From positions 1,426,001-1,490,000 of the forward strand of contig MU058213.1 of the NCBI GenBank assembly GCA_013265495.1: a DNA stretch of 64,000 bases. Direction: 5' to 3'. Positions 26,760 through 38,964 of this stretch are shown piece after piece; the stretch's first letter is position 1, and the number at the start of each line of letters is the position of its first letter. This DNA is from Vicugna vicugna (lineage: Eukaryota). The translations under genes were made by a program, and so were the position numbers. The notes under the pieces were generated by a model, which saw only the letters and a list, made by a program, of their open reading frames with translations, was not told the origin of the DNA and ran no database searches.

Positions 26760-27160
26760 TTTGGTAATTCTTGATAATTAACCTGATTGGCTGAGGGAGA
26801 AAATTGCTGAGAGATCAAATTGCTTCATGTTTGAGAACTTGGTCATTTAAAGACAGCTCACTCAGATTTCATGATAACCAGATCCTGAAATGGCCAGCCA
26901 TTAGATTTTGTGTTTCAGCAATTGGACGGGATGGCCCATTGATTGCCCATTCATTGTGACAGCCCAAAGCTCTGTGATTGACCAGCGTCTGGTTAACTCA
27001 GTTGACCTGGATACCAAAGGCCCCTGTGATTGCTCCTTGAACCTTAAGGGGAGCTTGAACTGCCAAGGACTAGTCACATGCCTATTTTGTTTGCAGAATT
27101 GTCATTGTCAGAGAAGAAAATTGATAGTCCACCTTTGTTCTTTCATAGTGCTGGATGGAA
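26760..27160. promoter_or_regulatory. Candidate conserved non-coding / enhancer-like block
   Basis: No repeat recognised; CTGATTGGCT (26783), SOX-like CATTGTG (26952) and CTTTGTT (27133); inference only. Confidence 0.3.
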
Positions 27161-27346
27161 AAAACAAAACAAAACAAAAATAAAAACTGACCCAAAACCC
27201 CCATAGCATTTTGGGAAATTCGTTCCTTTACAGAGATGCTTTATCATATCTATGTACCCTGGTAAGCACAATAAAAAAAAAAATTCAAGTGCTATTTACA
27301 CAGCTGGGTTTATTTGGTTTGTAGGTAATTTAAAGGTGCTCTAAAC

Positions 27347-27534
27347 CAGTAGTTCTCAAAATGTGGTCCCCAGAGCAGCAGCAGCATCACATGGAAACTT
27401 GTTTGAAATGCAAATGAGGCCCCCCACCCCAGACCTACTAAATAAAAAACTCTGGGGATGGGGCTTAGCAACCTGTGTTTCAACAAGCCCTCTAGGTGAT
27501 CCTGGAGCATGCTCAAGTTGAGAATAACTACTGT
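27347..27534 (+). mobile_element. MER5A hAT-Charlie MITE
   Basis: cagtagttctcaaaatgtggtccccag...aacaagccctctaggtgatcc...caagttgagaataact. Confidence 0.85.
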
Positions 27535-28989
27535 TAACTGTTATTGTCTGGAGTTTTATTCAGACGGTGGCAGCTGGGATCCTATTCCGTCTGCTCTCTT
27601 CTCTCGCCCTTTTCTCCTGTGTCCTCCAGAGTCAGAAGAGTCACTTCTGTCGTTCCTCAGTCCCTCATGGCCCTTTGAAACCTCTACTCCTGAGGGCCTG
27701 GATGGGCTGCTTGATGTTAGGGTGTGCTGGGAACATGATCTGTCATCTCATTAGAACGTAGCAGTTAAATCAGAGCTTCCCATCTGGTATGGTTAAGTAG
27801 CACTGCTAACCTTCTACATTGGCCTGGGTAGCTGCACACTTACTGCAAAAGAAAGCAAACTATTTCCTTTGTGCTCCCCACCCCTAGAATCATAGGGGAG
27901 AGGTAATGGTCAACCCCTTCAAAGTAATATTTAGAACATCAGCCTGCAATTTTAAGCTTTCATTCTGGAAGAAAATTTCCATATTTTCTTTATGAGCCCA
28001 GTGTGCTGGAAGTCCACAACAAACCTGGAATTTTTAAGACCTATTGCTTTGAAAAGAGTGTGGCCATCTTCTATGCTATATGTGAGATTTAGGAGCTCAG
28101 AAAAATGTCAGCTTGCAATGCTGTCCCAACATTGTGTCTTCTCCTTGTTCAAAGGCTCAGGGATGCGAGCGAGGAGGTTGAAGATACAGATGTATTGGTT
28201 GCAACCAACAAAGTTTACTGAAACCAAATATATCTAAGAAAAACACATTGGTGTGTTTCTTTCCCCCACTAGAGCTGCCCTGGATAAAATGTGGGTGTCA
28301 TTTGAAAAGGGCATCATTTCCAATGAATTCTCAAAGTGTCACACACAAAGGTATTGATTGATCAGTCTTGCCTTCAGCATTACTGGGGCCAGAGTGGAGC
28401 TGTCCTTGTGATCCAATTTTCAAAGCTCACAGACACCTTCACTCCTTGGCAAATAGCATCAGCAAGTGGCAGGATGGAGGGGGCCAGAAGGATGCGGGTG
28501 TGTGTGTATGCAGGAATGGTCTAGCAGACAGGTGGCAAGACTAAGTGATTTTGTATCATGGTCAGTTTGTCTAACCAGTACAATGTTGAAAGCTGTAAGT
28601 ATTGTACCTCAGGTATGTTAGATAGTTAGGAGTCTGCTATATTTTCTTTAATAAGCAACATTAAGCCATTAATAAGTCAAAAGCAGGTTCTAATCAATGA
28701 GGAATACCAATGCCAACATTGGTGAAATCATTTTAAGATGACATTGTTTGCTGTTATCTTCAAGTTCATATTCACAATACAGAATGGAAAAGAAGTACAT
28801 GCCCAACTGTGTTTCCATTGCAATACAAACCATAGTTATGTTTAGTACAGGTGGTTCTTAAAATGACAAATATACAGTTTAGGCAAGTGACTTTTAAGTG
28901 CTACTCCCTTGCTCTAGGATAGCATGTACGAATGGATGCCTGAAAGTATGAGTAGGTAGCTCTACCTTGGCCTGTATCACAAAAAGTGT

Positions 28990-29110
28990 GGAGGTTGGTT
29001 GAGTGGTCTTAGGCAAGGTGTATCTCTTTGTGGGCTTCCATTTTTCTACTTATAAAATGAGAGACTGGACAAAATGATTTCTAAATTCTGTGGCAGCTCT
29101 GACATTATCT
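28990..29110 (+). mobile_element. MIR3-like SINE
   Basis: ggtcttaggcaagg...tataaaatgagagactggacaaaatgatttctaa. Confidence 0.6.
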
Positions 29111-30959
29111 GATTTTTTTCCCCATAGGTTTTACTCAGGGGCAACAAGATTGAGGCTGCCGGATAAGGAGTTGGTTTGAGTGGAATGGAGGTTGCAGAGG
29201 GCTTTTTGCCTCCTGGGAAAATAGTTTCCTGATGTGTGAACTCTGGACTACTTAAGAAAAATTAGCACCAGATTTGCAGCTGGGTGGGTCAACTTCAGGG
29301 CTCTTCCCCTGGAGCTTCCTCTTACTAACTCTAGAGCCTTTGGACCTCAGTGCTGGGACTGTTGGTGCTGGAACCCTGCAGCCGGGGAGTTGGACAAGAA
29401 GTACTCATAGGAATTGAACTGAGAGTTCCAGGGGACTTTGCTCCTCCTTAGCACTCTCATATGGAACCCTCAGGGCACACTGTGGTGGGGAACATGCAAA
29501 GGCATTTCTTTCCTCCTTTGCAGAAGAGAAAAGTATGCTGTGATTTATTCACTCTAATTTTTACACTCTTTCAACTTTGTGGACTTGTCACATTCTGTGT
29601 TCATTTTTCTTCTTGCTCTTTGGATATTTGTCTATCGCAAATGTGGACAGAGGAAGCTCTTTTAGTCTTAATTAGCCTATGCCTAATCCAGACATCACAG
29701 GGCTGCTGGAAGTTTAAATGCAGCACTGCATTGAAAGCACTAGATCTGGTACAGGATGCTAAATGTGTAACATTTGGTTATTTCCAGTGGACTACAAGCC
29801 CCTTAGAGACCAGGATTGTGCCTATTCTTCTTTGCATCTTCTTTGCTTAGCACTTTGTGAAGTTTGATCAATGCTAGTTGAATGAAGAACTCAATTCAAG
29901 ACTTGCCTCTGTAGCTCTTACAAGCTTCTTGACCATCTGGACTTTTAGGGGGGTTCAGGAAAAGCATTGGTATTTGTTCTTGGCAGGGAGGAAGTTCACT
30001 TAGACTTCTGGACATTTTTGTGGTCCATGTGTTCACATGGTGCTTGGATCTGATAATTGTGACTCTCCCTCATAAGAGAATCCCAGGTAGAAAATTCTGT
30101 CCAGCTGTTGACTTGTTAAAGCTATGCCTAGCTTCAACCTTTGCTCTCTTGCTGGGACATCTGTGCTTACAGTTCACTTTTGTTTGTTCTTGCAGCCCAG
30201 TTTCCAGATATATGCAGGTCAATGGACTGACGCAGCCTGTCCTCCTGCCACACCCTCCTGGGGGCCTGTGCCATTGGTCAGCACTTCCCTCTGAAGGAGG
30301 TGGGCTTATCATCAGTCTGGGTGTGTGCACTGGAAATGGGACAACCATCCTGCCACAGGGGTGAGTGACACCTACACTGGCACCATTCTAGATGATGAAA
30401 CTGAGGGGCTATTTAATAAAGTGGCTTCTCCAACCAGAAGGGTGAAAAAAATCCAATAATTATTCTAGAGGGAGAAGTAAGTGCTGAAACTGGGTGATGT
30501 CAGTTATTTTGCCTAATGTCAGGTATTTTATCCAATGATCCATCATAACTTTTTAGTTTTATGGATTAAGTGATTTTATCTTTTTGAATGGAAAAAATAC
30601 TAACGTGTGAAGTTCTGTGATATTTTCCTCAATTAGTTAATAGCCATATTGGGTCTAGAATCTAGAGTGTTTGACCAAAAGCCTTTTTCCTACTGCACCA
30701 CACAATTTCAAGATACCTAGATCATTCCTGCCTTATTATTGGTTTGCTGGCTATCTACTGCTGAAAAGCTTTCTGCTGCTTATGGAGGGAAAGTTCAGCT
30801 ACTTTGAAAACCATTTTACCAAAGCAAATAGCCCAGTTCCCCACCACTGTTCCACACATTAGGCAAATCAAAATGTGAAACTTACATTGTATGTTTGAAA
30901 ACATCCCAAATGATTTCAAAGGCAAGTTATTGTTCCACGTTTTACAAGGTTTTATGTTT

Positions 30960-31550
30960 ATTTATTATGTTATGTGTGCAAGTTAAAAGAACATTTAGGT
31001 AAGTGAAAAAATAATTGTTTATTATCTTGTAATTCCAACTTAACATTATTTCTGGCATTTAGGAAATTTCTTTCCAGTATGTTTTCTCTGTACCCATTTC
31101 CATTCATCTAGTTATAATTATTTTGTTGATGATATTTGGTAGTCTTCTTCACTTAATATTACAATAGAGAATTTTCTCTTTATTACATATTCTTCATAGC
31201 CATTTGTGCTTTACAGTGGTTCATTATATTGAGTGACCATATCACAACTTCATCATTCCATATTTTTGAAATTTAGATTATTTCTTTTTTATGCTATTTC
31301 ATGTACTACTGCTGTGAACCTCTTCAAGCATAAATATTTTTCATTATTTAAAGTTATTTCTTTAGGTTAAAGACTATTGATATATGCTGTTGAATTATTT
31401 TTTAAAATGGTTTTAACAAATTCTGCTGCCTACGTGATATTTATTTGCCATGCTTCACCAGTCTTATGAATTATTATTAAATTTCTTTAGCTAATTGATA
31501 GGTAAAAAATGGTAACTTGTTTTAATTTTTGATTTGTTTTTAATTGCCGT
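30960..31550 (-). mobile_element. L1ME-like fragment
   Basis: AT-rich antisense L1 3' text (gctaattgataggtaaaaaatggtaacttgttttaattt). Confidence 0.6.
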
Positions 31551-32769
31551 TTCTTACTTTCATTATTATTGGAATTTTGAGTTCAATTAAATTTAAAAAA
31601 TTAAATACAGGTACTTAAAAACACTTAAAATGTTGTAACACACCTATATGATTAAATAAGCAGATGGAAATATAGGAAGCTAGCTTATATTGGTCACAGT
31701 AGGTCTCTTGGACAATTGATAGCTCTAAGTGAAATGAGAAGGTTTTGGGGGGAGGAGGATTAAAATGGGGCTCCTGGGGTCTGCAGTCACTCAATACACG
31801 TTCAGAAATTTCTAGAACATTCAGGCCAGATAGCAGGCATTTAAAGCAGCCTTACCCTCCAGTGTGTCTATTTGGGAAATTTTGCTCTTGTGAGGGCAAT
31901 TTGTTTATTTCAAGCAAAACAAATTATTATTTTTTTGAGAAAATGTATTTGTGAATAAATGTGACCTGGGTATCCATTGTCCAGATCAATGCAATATTTT
32001 ACTTATAAGACACCATAGTCATCTTTCCATCTAATTACTATCGGGAGATAAATGATTCCTTTCACTGAAAACTCCAAAGGCAGTGAAGAACTGTGGGATC
32101 TGGAGGTGTGATTTGTAGATCCCGTCTGAGATGGCTTGGAAGTAATTACTGCTAAGCATAGCCATGTGCTCTGCTTATAAGACACACTAGCCGTTGTTCC
32201 AATGATTTCTATTGTTGCCCCTTATACCTGGTAGATGTGTGGTGTTTATAAGGATTTTCCACTTTCTGTCTCTCCCTTGAATAAAGGGATTTGCTTCACA
32301 GGCACTTTCTTAACCTTGCTCTGCTGATTAAAAAGCTTAAGGACCACACAGATTTCATGACTTCAGAATGCTCATTCATGAAGTTCCAGTAAGGAAGAGT
32401 GTGCTGGAAAATACTTATTTTTCTAGAAGAGACCGGGACAATCAGAATGACTCAGAATTGAATTATAAATAATTCAAAGCATTTGAATATTGCTTATTCA
32501 AAAGTCAGGGGTGAGGAGGAACTCTTATTTTTGGAAATAAGGTGCTCGCTTGTACTGGGATCTGACAGGGAACAGACAATAGGGAAAAAGTGTATGTTGG
32601 TTCTCCTAATCCCCTTCTCACTGTTTGTTCTGTTTTGGATTTAAGAACCATTTCAAATAAAGCTAAAGGAAAGGAGGGACTCATAGGACAAAATAAGAAT
32701 GAGTGAGGGATGGATATTTCAGAGAGTTTGGGACAAAATGAAAAAAAAAAAAACAAAAAGGAAAGAAAA

Positions 32770-33070
32770 GAGAAGCAGATTTGACCGACCAACGAGAGCT
32801 GGGCACATTCACAACCGGTAAATTGGGCTCCTGCATGCTCTAATTCCTGCTGCACCCTGGACTGCTAACACGCCTTGATAAAAAGGAAAAAAGAAAGGAG
32901 GGGAAAAAAAAATCCATGCGGGAGGCTGTGAGTGCACACAGAGTCTGTTCTGAGCTCCCTCCACAGGCAGACACGGATCAATAAATCAATAGGGAATGTT
33001 CACTGGCTGTAAAATGGGTAGAGAATCCAGTGTCAAGCTGCTCTAAGATGGATGGACAGTGGGTTTGCTG
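32770..33070. promoter_or_regulatory. Candidate conserved non-coding block
   Basis: Unique sequence with several retained CpGs and tandem ATCAATAAATCAATA (32977-32991). Confidence 0.3.
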
Positions 33071-34659
33071 TCTGCCAAAAGGCCAGAGGTGGCTATCACC
33101 TTAAGATGAGATCAGTGACCAACAGCCTAACCGCCCTTTGAACTCTGAGTTTATGTTTGAGGACCTGGGCATAGCTTAAAACAGTCCCAGTGTGACCCAC
33201 AGTGACATCCCCTCCACTTTGTGCATCACCCCCAACACTCACACCTCTTGGCAGGGCTGATGGTTTGCCACGTGGAGCCTGGCCACTGTCTGCCTCTGGC
33301 CTGCTGTGCCCTGTCATTGAAGTAAAGGCTACAGGAGACTGAATCAGAAATTACTAGATGCCCTAGTGGTAGGAAGCATCGATCGGAAAGGGTAGGGATT
33401 TTCTGCACAACAGTTGGACTTTTCCTTTTATATGAAGGGGGTTTAACATAATACAGGCGGTGCTTTCACTGCATAGCACTGTGTGTTAACCCTTGCTTTC
33501 GTGGGCTTAACCTAATGCTACCGCAGGGGTGGCTGCAGTCGGTCTCTCTGAAATTCAGAAAAGTGTTTTCTGTTTGGAGGCCATTGAGGTCAGGCCTGAC
33601 TGGCTGTGTGGGGGCGGCACTGCTGCCCTCATGGCTGTGCAGGGGCTCTATTGGAGCAGTGGGTGGCTTCTCTTCAGCTGCTGCTCCACCAGCGGGCTGC
33701 AGCGTTGACTGGATTTTGACAAAGAGCAGGGGACAGACCGGCTTCAGAGCCCCTGCTACCGCAGCAGGCAGGGGATGGTGTATTCCTTGTCCTCTCTGTG
33801 ACCCCAGCTTATTCTCACTTTTGAGGACACAGGGCTCCTAACCTCTTGTAACAGAGACCAAACACTCACTTTGGGTTCAAACACTGTGCCATCAGCCTCC
33901 TACTTAGTTCTCAGAATGTGGCTCTGTCCAGAAGGCACAAATGGCTTATCCTGGAGAAAATGTAAAACAAAAAATTCTGGATGATACTTATCATTCAGAT
34001 ACTTTACCAATATTTGGCCACATATCTTATTAATTTCTTCATTCTTTTATTCAATAAATGCCTTTTGATTTTCTACTACTTGCCACTCCTAGGCAACTTG
34101 CAAAAAGATCAAGATAATATGATCTTAGTTCTTGAGGAATGAGGGGGTCCGTGAAAATAGTTTACAGAACTTCTGTTTTTAGTATGTCCAGAAGTTCTAA
34201 TTTGTTTTTTTAAGGCTTTAAAATTTTTTTTAAGGTTTTCTTATCAATATTACTGGATAGACAGAAAACATAATTTTTGAGGATAGGCGGAAAAAGTAAA
34301 AAAGGTATATTACATACATAAATAAATGAAGGCTGTATAGAATAATGGGAAATGCATTGGAGAGAATTTACTTAACTCATTCATTCATTCATTCATTTGT
34401 TCTGCTTACTTACTATTTAATAGTAAGTAATGTTTGCTTACTATCTGTGCCTGGCAAGCTACTGATAGTAGATAGTTCTGGTGGAGAGCAGACATTCAAC
34501 ATGGAATCCTACAAACAAATGTACAAATGTATATGTACTATACTATACTATGAGTGGAGTAGGAGGAGGATCTAATTGAGATGGGAGTGGAGGTCAACAA
34601 AGGCTTTAAGTTGAGAGCTGAAGGAGGAAAAGGAGTTAGCATGGAGAAAAATGGGGAAT

Positions 34660-34815
34660 CTAATCAGGGGTCCTTATCCTGGTCCTGTCACCAACCAGAC
34701 ATGTGGCCACAGGCGAGACCCCTATCTTCCTGGACCTGTGTTTCTCCATCTGTCAAATAAAGGGGTTGGGCTAGATAATTTATAGGAAGCCTTTAACTCT
34801 GAAGTATTACGACTC
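34660..34815 (+). mobile_element. MIR3-like SINE
   Basis: ggacctgtgtttctccatctgtcaaataaaggggttgggctagat. Confidence 0.65.
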
Positions 34816-36194
34816 TTTAAAAGGACCCGTTTACATGAAGGCTATGTCCATTAGAAATAACGTTCTTAGGAGTGATTCGGGTGATTTTCAGAAGAATTCA
34901 GAGTTGTTGGTTGTTGCCTACAATCTCAGTGGAGCCAGTCATGTTTAAAACAGGTTGTGCTATTGACCATGGCTTCTTACTGTGGCCCTGAAACGATAAC
35001 CTGAGTCCTGGAGCAAACAACTCATGGAACCGTGGAGAAAGACTAAGGTAGACTAGATTGGGTATGATTCAGGTGTTAGGTTTGTTTGCCACACTTCAAT
35101 CTCTGTTTTGTTTTTTTTAAATAAAAAAGTAGGCAATGGAGACAATAGGCTGCACTTAGAAACACTAACAGGTTTCTCATTTATGACTACTTGTGTGCCA
35201 GTTATTGTCAGTAGGTGAGGGAGGGAATGATGAATTGGACTAGAATTCTGTCCTTACAGAGCTACTTAGCTGAATTTAGGGGAAAAACGTATATAAAAAT
35301 TGAAATAATTGGACATGTTTGATTCAGGTACACTAAATACAGAGCTGATCCATAAAAAACTTACATAAAGATGTCAGAGCCTTGTTGCCTTGTTCCATCC
35401 CATTTTGGCTGCCCATCTCCACTTGCCTCCTTACCTCTGTAAGGTAAGGTGGAGACACACCGGCTCATGTTCAGACCTTGCACACATTATTCTTCATCTG
35501 TTCGCTGGTATGAAATGTTGGCTTGCATCCCTGCCTAAAATCCTGATCTCTTGATCCTAGAGAGAGGTCTCTGGGTTGGGACAGCTCCTCTACATTGGTC
35601 AGGGGAGCAGGAAGATTATCCACACAGGTGGGGAATACATGTATGTAAGAAGCTGCTGGAAAAATGCCATTTGAATCCATATCTGTCTCTTCTACTTTCC
35701 TCCAGTCCCAGCGGATATAAGGTGTCACACACTCCAAATAACTCCCAGTCACGACCAATATTAAAGGTGGTGACCTGGGGACCTACAGTCCCCAGGATAT
35801 GATGAAATTAGGAGGTCTCCGCCAGGACCTCTTGAGAAGGGTGGTAAATGGAGTCACCTTGAAGTGTGTCCCGACTGGCTCTGTGAGGGCTGCTGGTGTG
35901 TCTGGGAAGCTCTTTAAACATTGTCTCCTTTTAATCTGGGCTGTCTTTGATCCTGGATATGTTGCTAGAGTTATTCTACCAAACACAGGCTTTTTGATCG
36001 ATTTTTCTCTTTAGTTGTAGCTGACTTCGAAACTGCTTTTAGGTCTGTATCTGGGTAACCCAAGTGCTGCAGATGCCCCTGGCAAGGAGGCTCCTGAATT
36101 ATCACATAATTATCTGGAAAGCCCTCACCTCTTGGCCTTGCTGGTGCTTCCTTCTTGCAATCACCCCAGAAAAACCTTCTGCTTCAGAGTTTGG

Positions 36195-36405
36195 ACTCTG
36201 GCTCTACAAAGACGTGGGCTCACATCCTGACTTCTTACTTATTAGCTCTGTGATCTTGTAAAAGTTAGTTTTAATTTTTCTAAATTTCAGCTTCCTTACT
36301 CAGCAAGTGGGTTGTTGTGAGAATTTAATGAGATAATGCCTTGAAAGATCCTGGCAAATAGAAAACACTCAAGAGATGTTAACTCTTGTTATTATTATTG
36401 TTAAT
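36195..36405 (+). mobile_element. MIR SINE
   Basis: acttattagctctgtgatcttg...gggttgttgtgagaatttaatgagataatg. Confidence 0.75.
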
Positions 36406-37306
36406 AATATCAGCTTGAGTTGAACATATCCAGTTAGACTTAGCTGCCTTTAGACTTGAAATCAAGTGAATCTGAGACCTGAGAATTGCACATACCTCAC
36501 ATGTCCCTCCCAGGACCACTTTTAGACAGTGGGTGAAATACAGGGATTCCTCTTATGCTGAGCCTCTGTCAGTCTGTATGCTTAAATCTCTGCTGTAAGT
36601 CACTGCAGTGCCTTCTTTTATTTCATCACTTCATATGGGTTTTGCCAAACACATTCCTGGTTACTACATTTTTTACCTCTCTGGGGTCCCGCCGTCATAT
36701 ATGCTTACTGGTTCTTCTTCAGGGTCTTTGAAGGCAGAGGAGAGTAAACTCCAGCAAGAAATGCTGTTCCCCATTTCTGATGTAACCACTGGTCTCCTCC
36801 GTACATTCAGCCTAGGGGGCTCTTTACCATTTTTTCAAAGACCCGTTTCTCCCATGATCCTGCTCAAGGACTTGTGCATGAGGCACTGTCATCCTAAACC
36901 ACTAAAGGTTGTGACTGAAGCCTGAAAGCATATCTGACTTCCTACCCGTCTGCATCTCCCAAGCCTTGGGTCCCCTTCTATCTTTCCATCTCAGCCTCAG
37001 CAGCTCTCTATGTGTACTGAACCATCTAAGACTTTCACCTGGCTTGTCAAGCATTTTCCAGCCCTGCTCCCTCCTTACAAAGGGATCTGGGCTCCATATC
37101 ATTTGCAGAACAAGTTGCTCACTCCTGTGAACCTGACCCCACAGCCAAATCTAGTTGTCTGACCCTTTATTCATTTTCTGCTTCTCTCAGGCCCTGTCTA
37201 CCCTAGTGTTTCAGATGCATTCTTTTCTGATCAGTCTTTACCCCTTCCCTTGCAAGGTGGGCAACCTCCATAACTCCTTTATAGCAAAACCAGAGATGAT
37301 CTGATG

Positions 37307-37336
37307 GCCCGTGAGCACACAGCCCGTGAGCACACA
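37307..37336 (+). repeat. Perfect 15-bp tandem duplication (GCCCGTGAGCACACA x2)
   Basis: Read directly: 37307-37321 and 37322-37336. Confidence 0.95.
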
Positions 37337-37555
37337 ACCACTTCTCTCTGTCTCAGAATATTGTACCCTCTCATCTTTCTTTCAGTCTCATAGATGGGGA
37401 CTTCCTTCTGCTCCTGCCTGGAAGATCCATCTCAGGCATCCCACCTCTCCTTCATCTTGAGTCTTCTCCCCATTGTCTATTCTCTTTTACCTTCAGATCC
37501 CCACAGAACTCTCTCTAAAAAATTGGAAAACAAAAAATACCATCTGCCCCCACCA

Positions 37556-37592
37556 AAACAAACAAACAAACAAACAAACAAACAAACAAAAC
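37556..37592 (+). repeat. (AAAC)n microsatellite
   Basis: aaacaaacaaacaaac... read directly. Confidence 0.95.
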
Positions 37593-38724
37593 CTTTAAAG
37601 TCCTGGGCTGACTTTTCTGCCTACACAGACTTCCTTTTGAAATTGTCTTCCACCTTGAAAAATACTCTGGATGTTTGTTTTAACATGATTTTACTTCAAT
37701 AGAAAAAAAAAAAAGGCGAAGATACATAATACTTTCTTTGGTCCCGTAACTCCTAATCTGCCACAGCCAATCTCTAAGTATGATTGATTCTTACTTCATA
37801 GTCTTTTACATCTGTCTTTGCTGTCTATTTCTGCTCCCCTCTTCTCCCCCCGTCCAGGTCTCTGTCACCTGAAACCTGGGATATTGCCTGAGCTTTCTAA
37901 CCAATCTCTAACTTGAGGCCACTTTTAAGTAACTAGCAGGTAAATCTTTGTAAAACAGCACCCTGGCCAAGCCAAACCTCTGTTAACAAACTAAGGATAG
38001 CTCTCTACCACCCACAGAACAGTCCAAAAATCTAAACTTCCACAAACAGGACCGCCTACAATCAGACCACACCCTCTTTCTTAATCTCATTTTTTTTAAA
38101 GACCCAAGTCTACTTCAGCTAATTTTCCCTGAAACCCCACCTCATATATCCCAGTGTTCATGTCGTTATTGGTCTTGTCTCACTTTTGAAATGACTTTTC
38201 CTTACTGTTTACTTATTGAAAGTCTACATGTCCTTCTAGACCTTTCTCTGGCATCACCTCTTCTTCAAGCTCTCTCCTGACCTTACCGTCTAGTCACAAC
38301 CTCTCACTCTTATCATCATACTTTCTGTCTCTAGGGTTCTCCTCCCTCTGAGTAAAAAGGGAAGTTTAAGCACATTACCAGGGAATTTTATATAAAATAT
38401 GTTTGGGCTAAAAATTCACAGTTTCACTATGTACACATCTAGACTCAAACTGTTTCTTCTCCATCTGTTACACTTTTTAAAAAAAAGTACAAACAGTACT
38501 ATTCATCAGAAAAGATTCTGGAAATACGGATTAGTAAATACAAATATCTTGCAACACAGAGATGACCATTGTTAATACTTTGACATATAACTTTTCAGTC
38601 TTTTTTATGGCACATATTCTTATTCATTTATCAAATATTTCTAGCGGTCTATGTGCTGAGCAGTAGGGAGAAAATGACAGATCAGATAAACATGAAATCT
38701 GCCAGGTTGTGCTGATATTCTATT

Positions 38725-38862
38725 GTATATAACATATAAAGATATATATATAAAAAGTAAAATATACATATGTATACAAATATATACACATACATACAAT
38801 ATATGCATTATAAATATATATACATGCATATATAAATATACATATATAGTATACACATACAT
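38725..38862. repeat. Degenerate (TA)/(TACA) low-complexity repeat
   Basis: Read directly. Confidence 0.85.
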
Positions 38863-38964
38863 TTACAAAAGTGGGGTTGTATTACACATCCTATTTTGTA
38901 ACTTTCTTTTTGTAATCATATATCCTCAACATCTCAATTTCAATAAATATACGTATGCATCACT

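Noticed and set aside
29461..30364. 129-aa and 114-aa ORFs
   Set aside because: Cys/Leu/Phe-rich composition typical of random non-coding frames; no homology I can recognise.
33515..33841. 108-aa ORF in GC-rich patch
   Set aside because: Expected stop-codon scarcity in GC-rich DNA; no recognisable protein.
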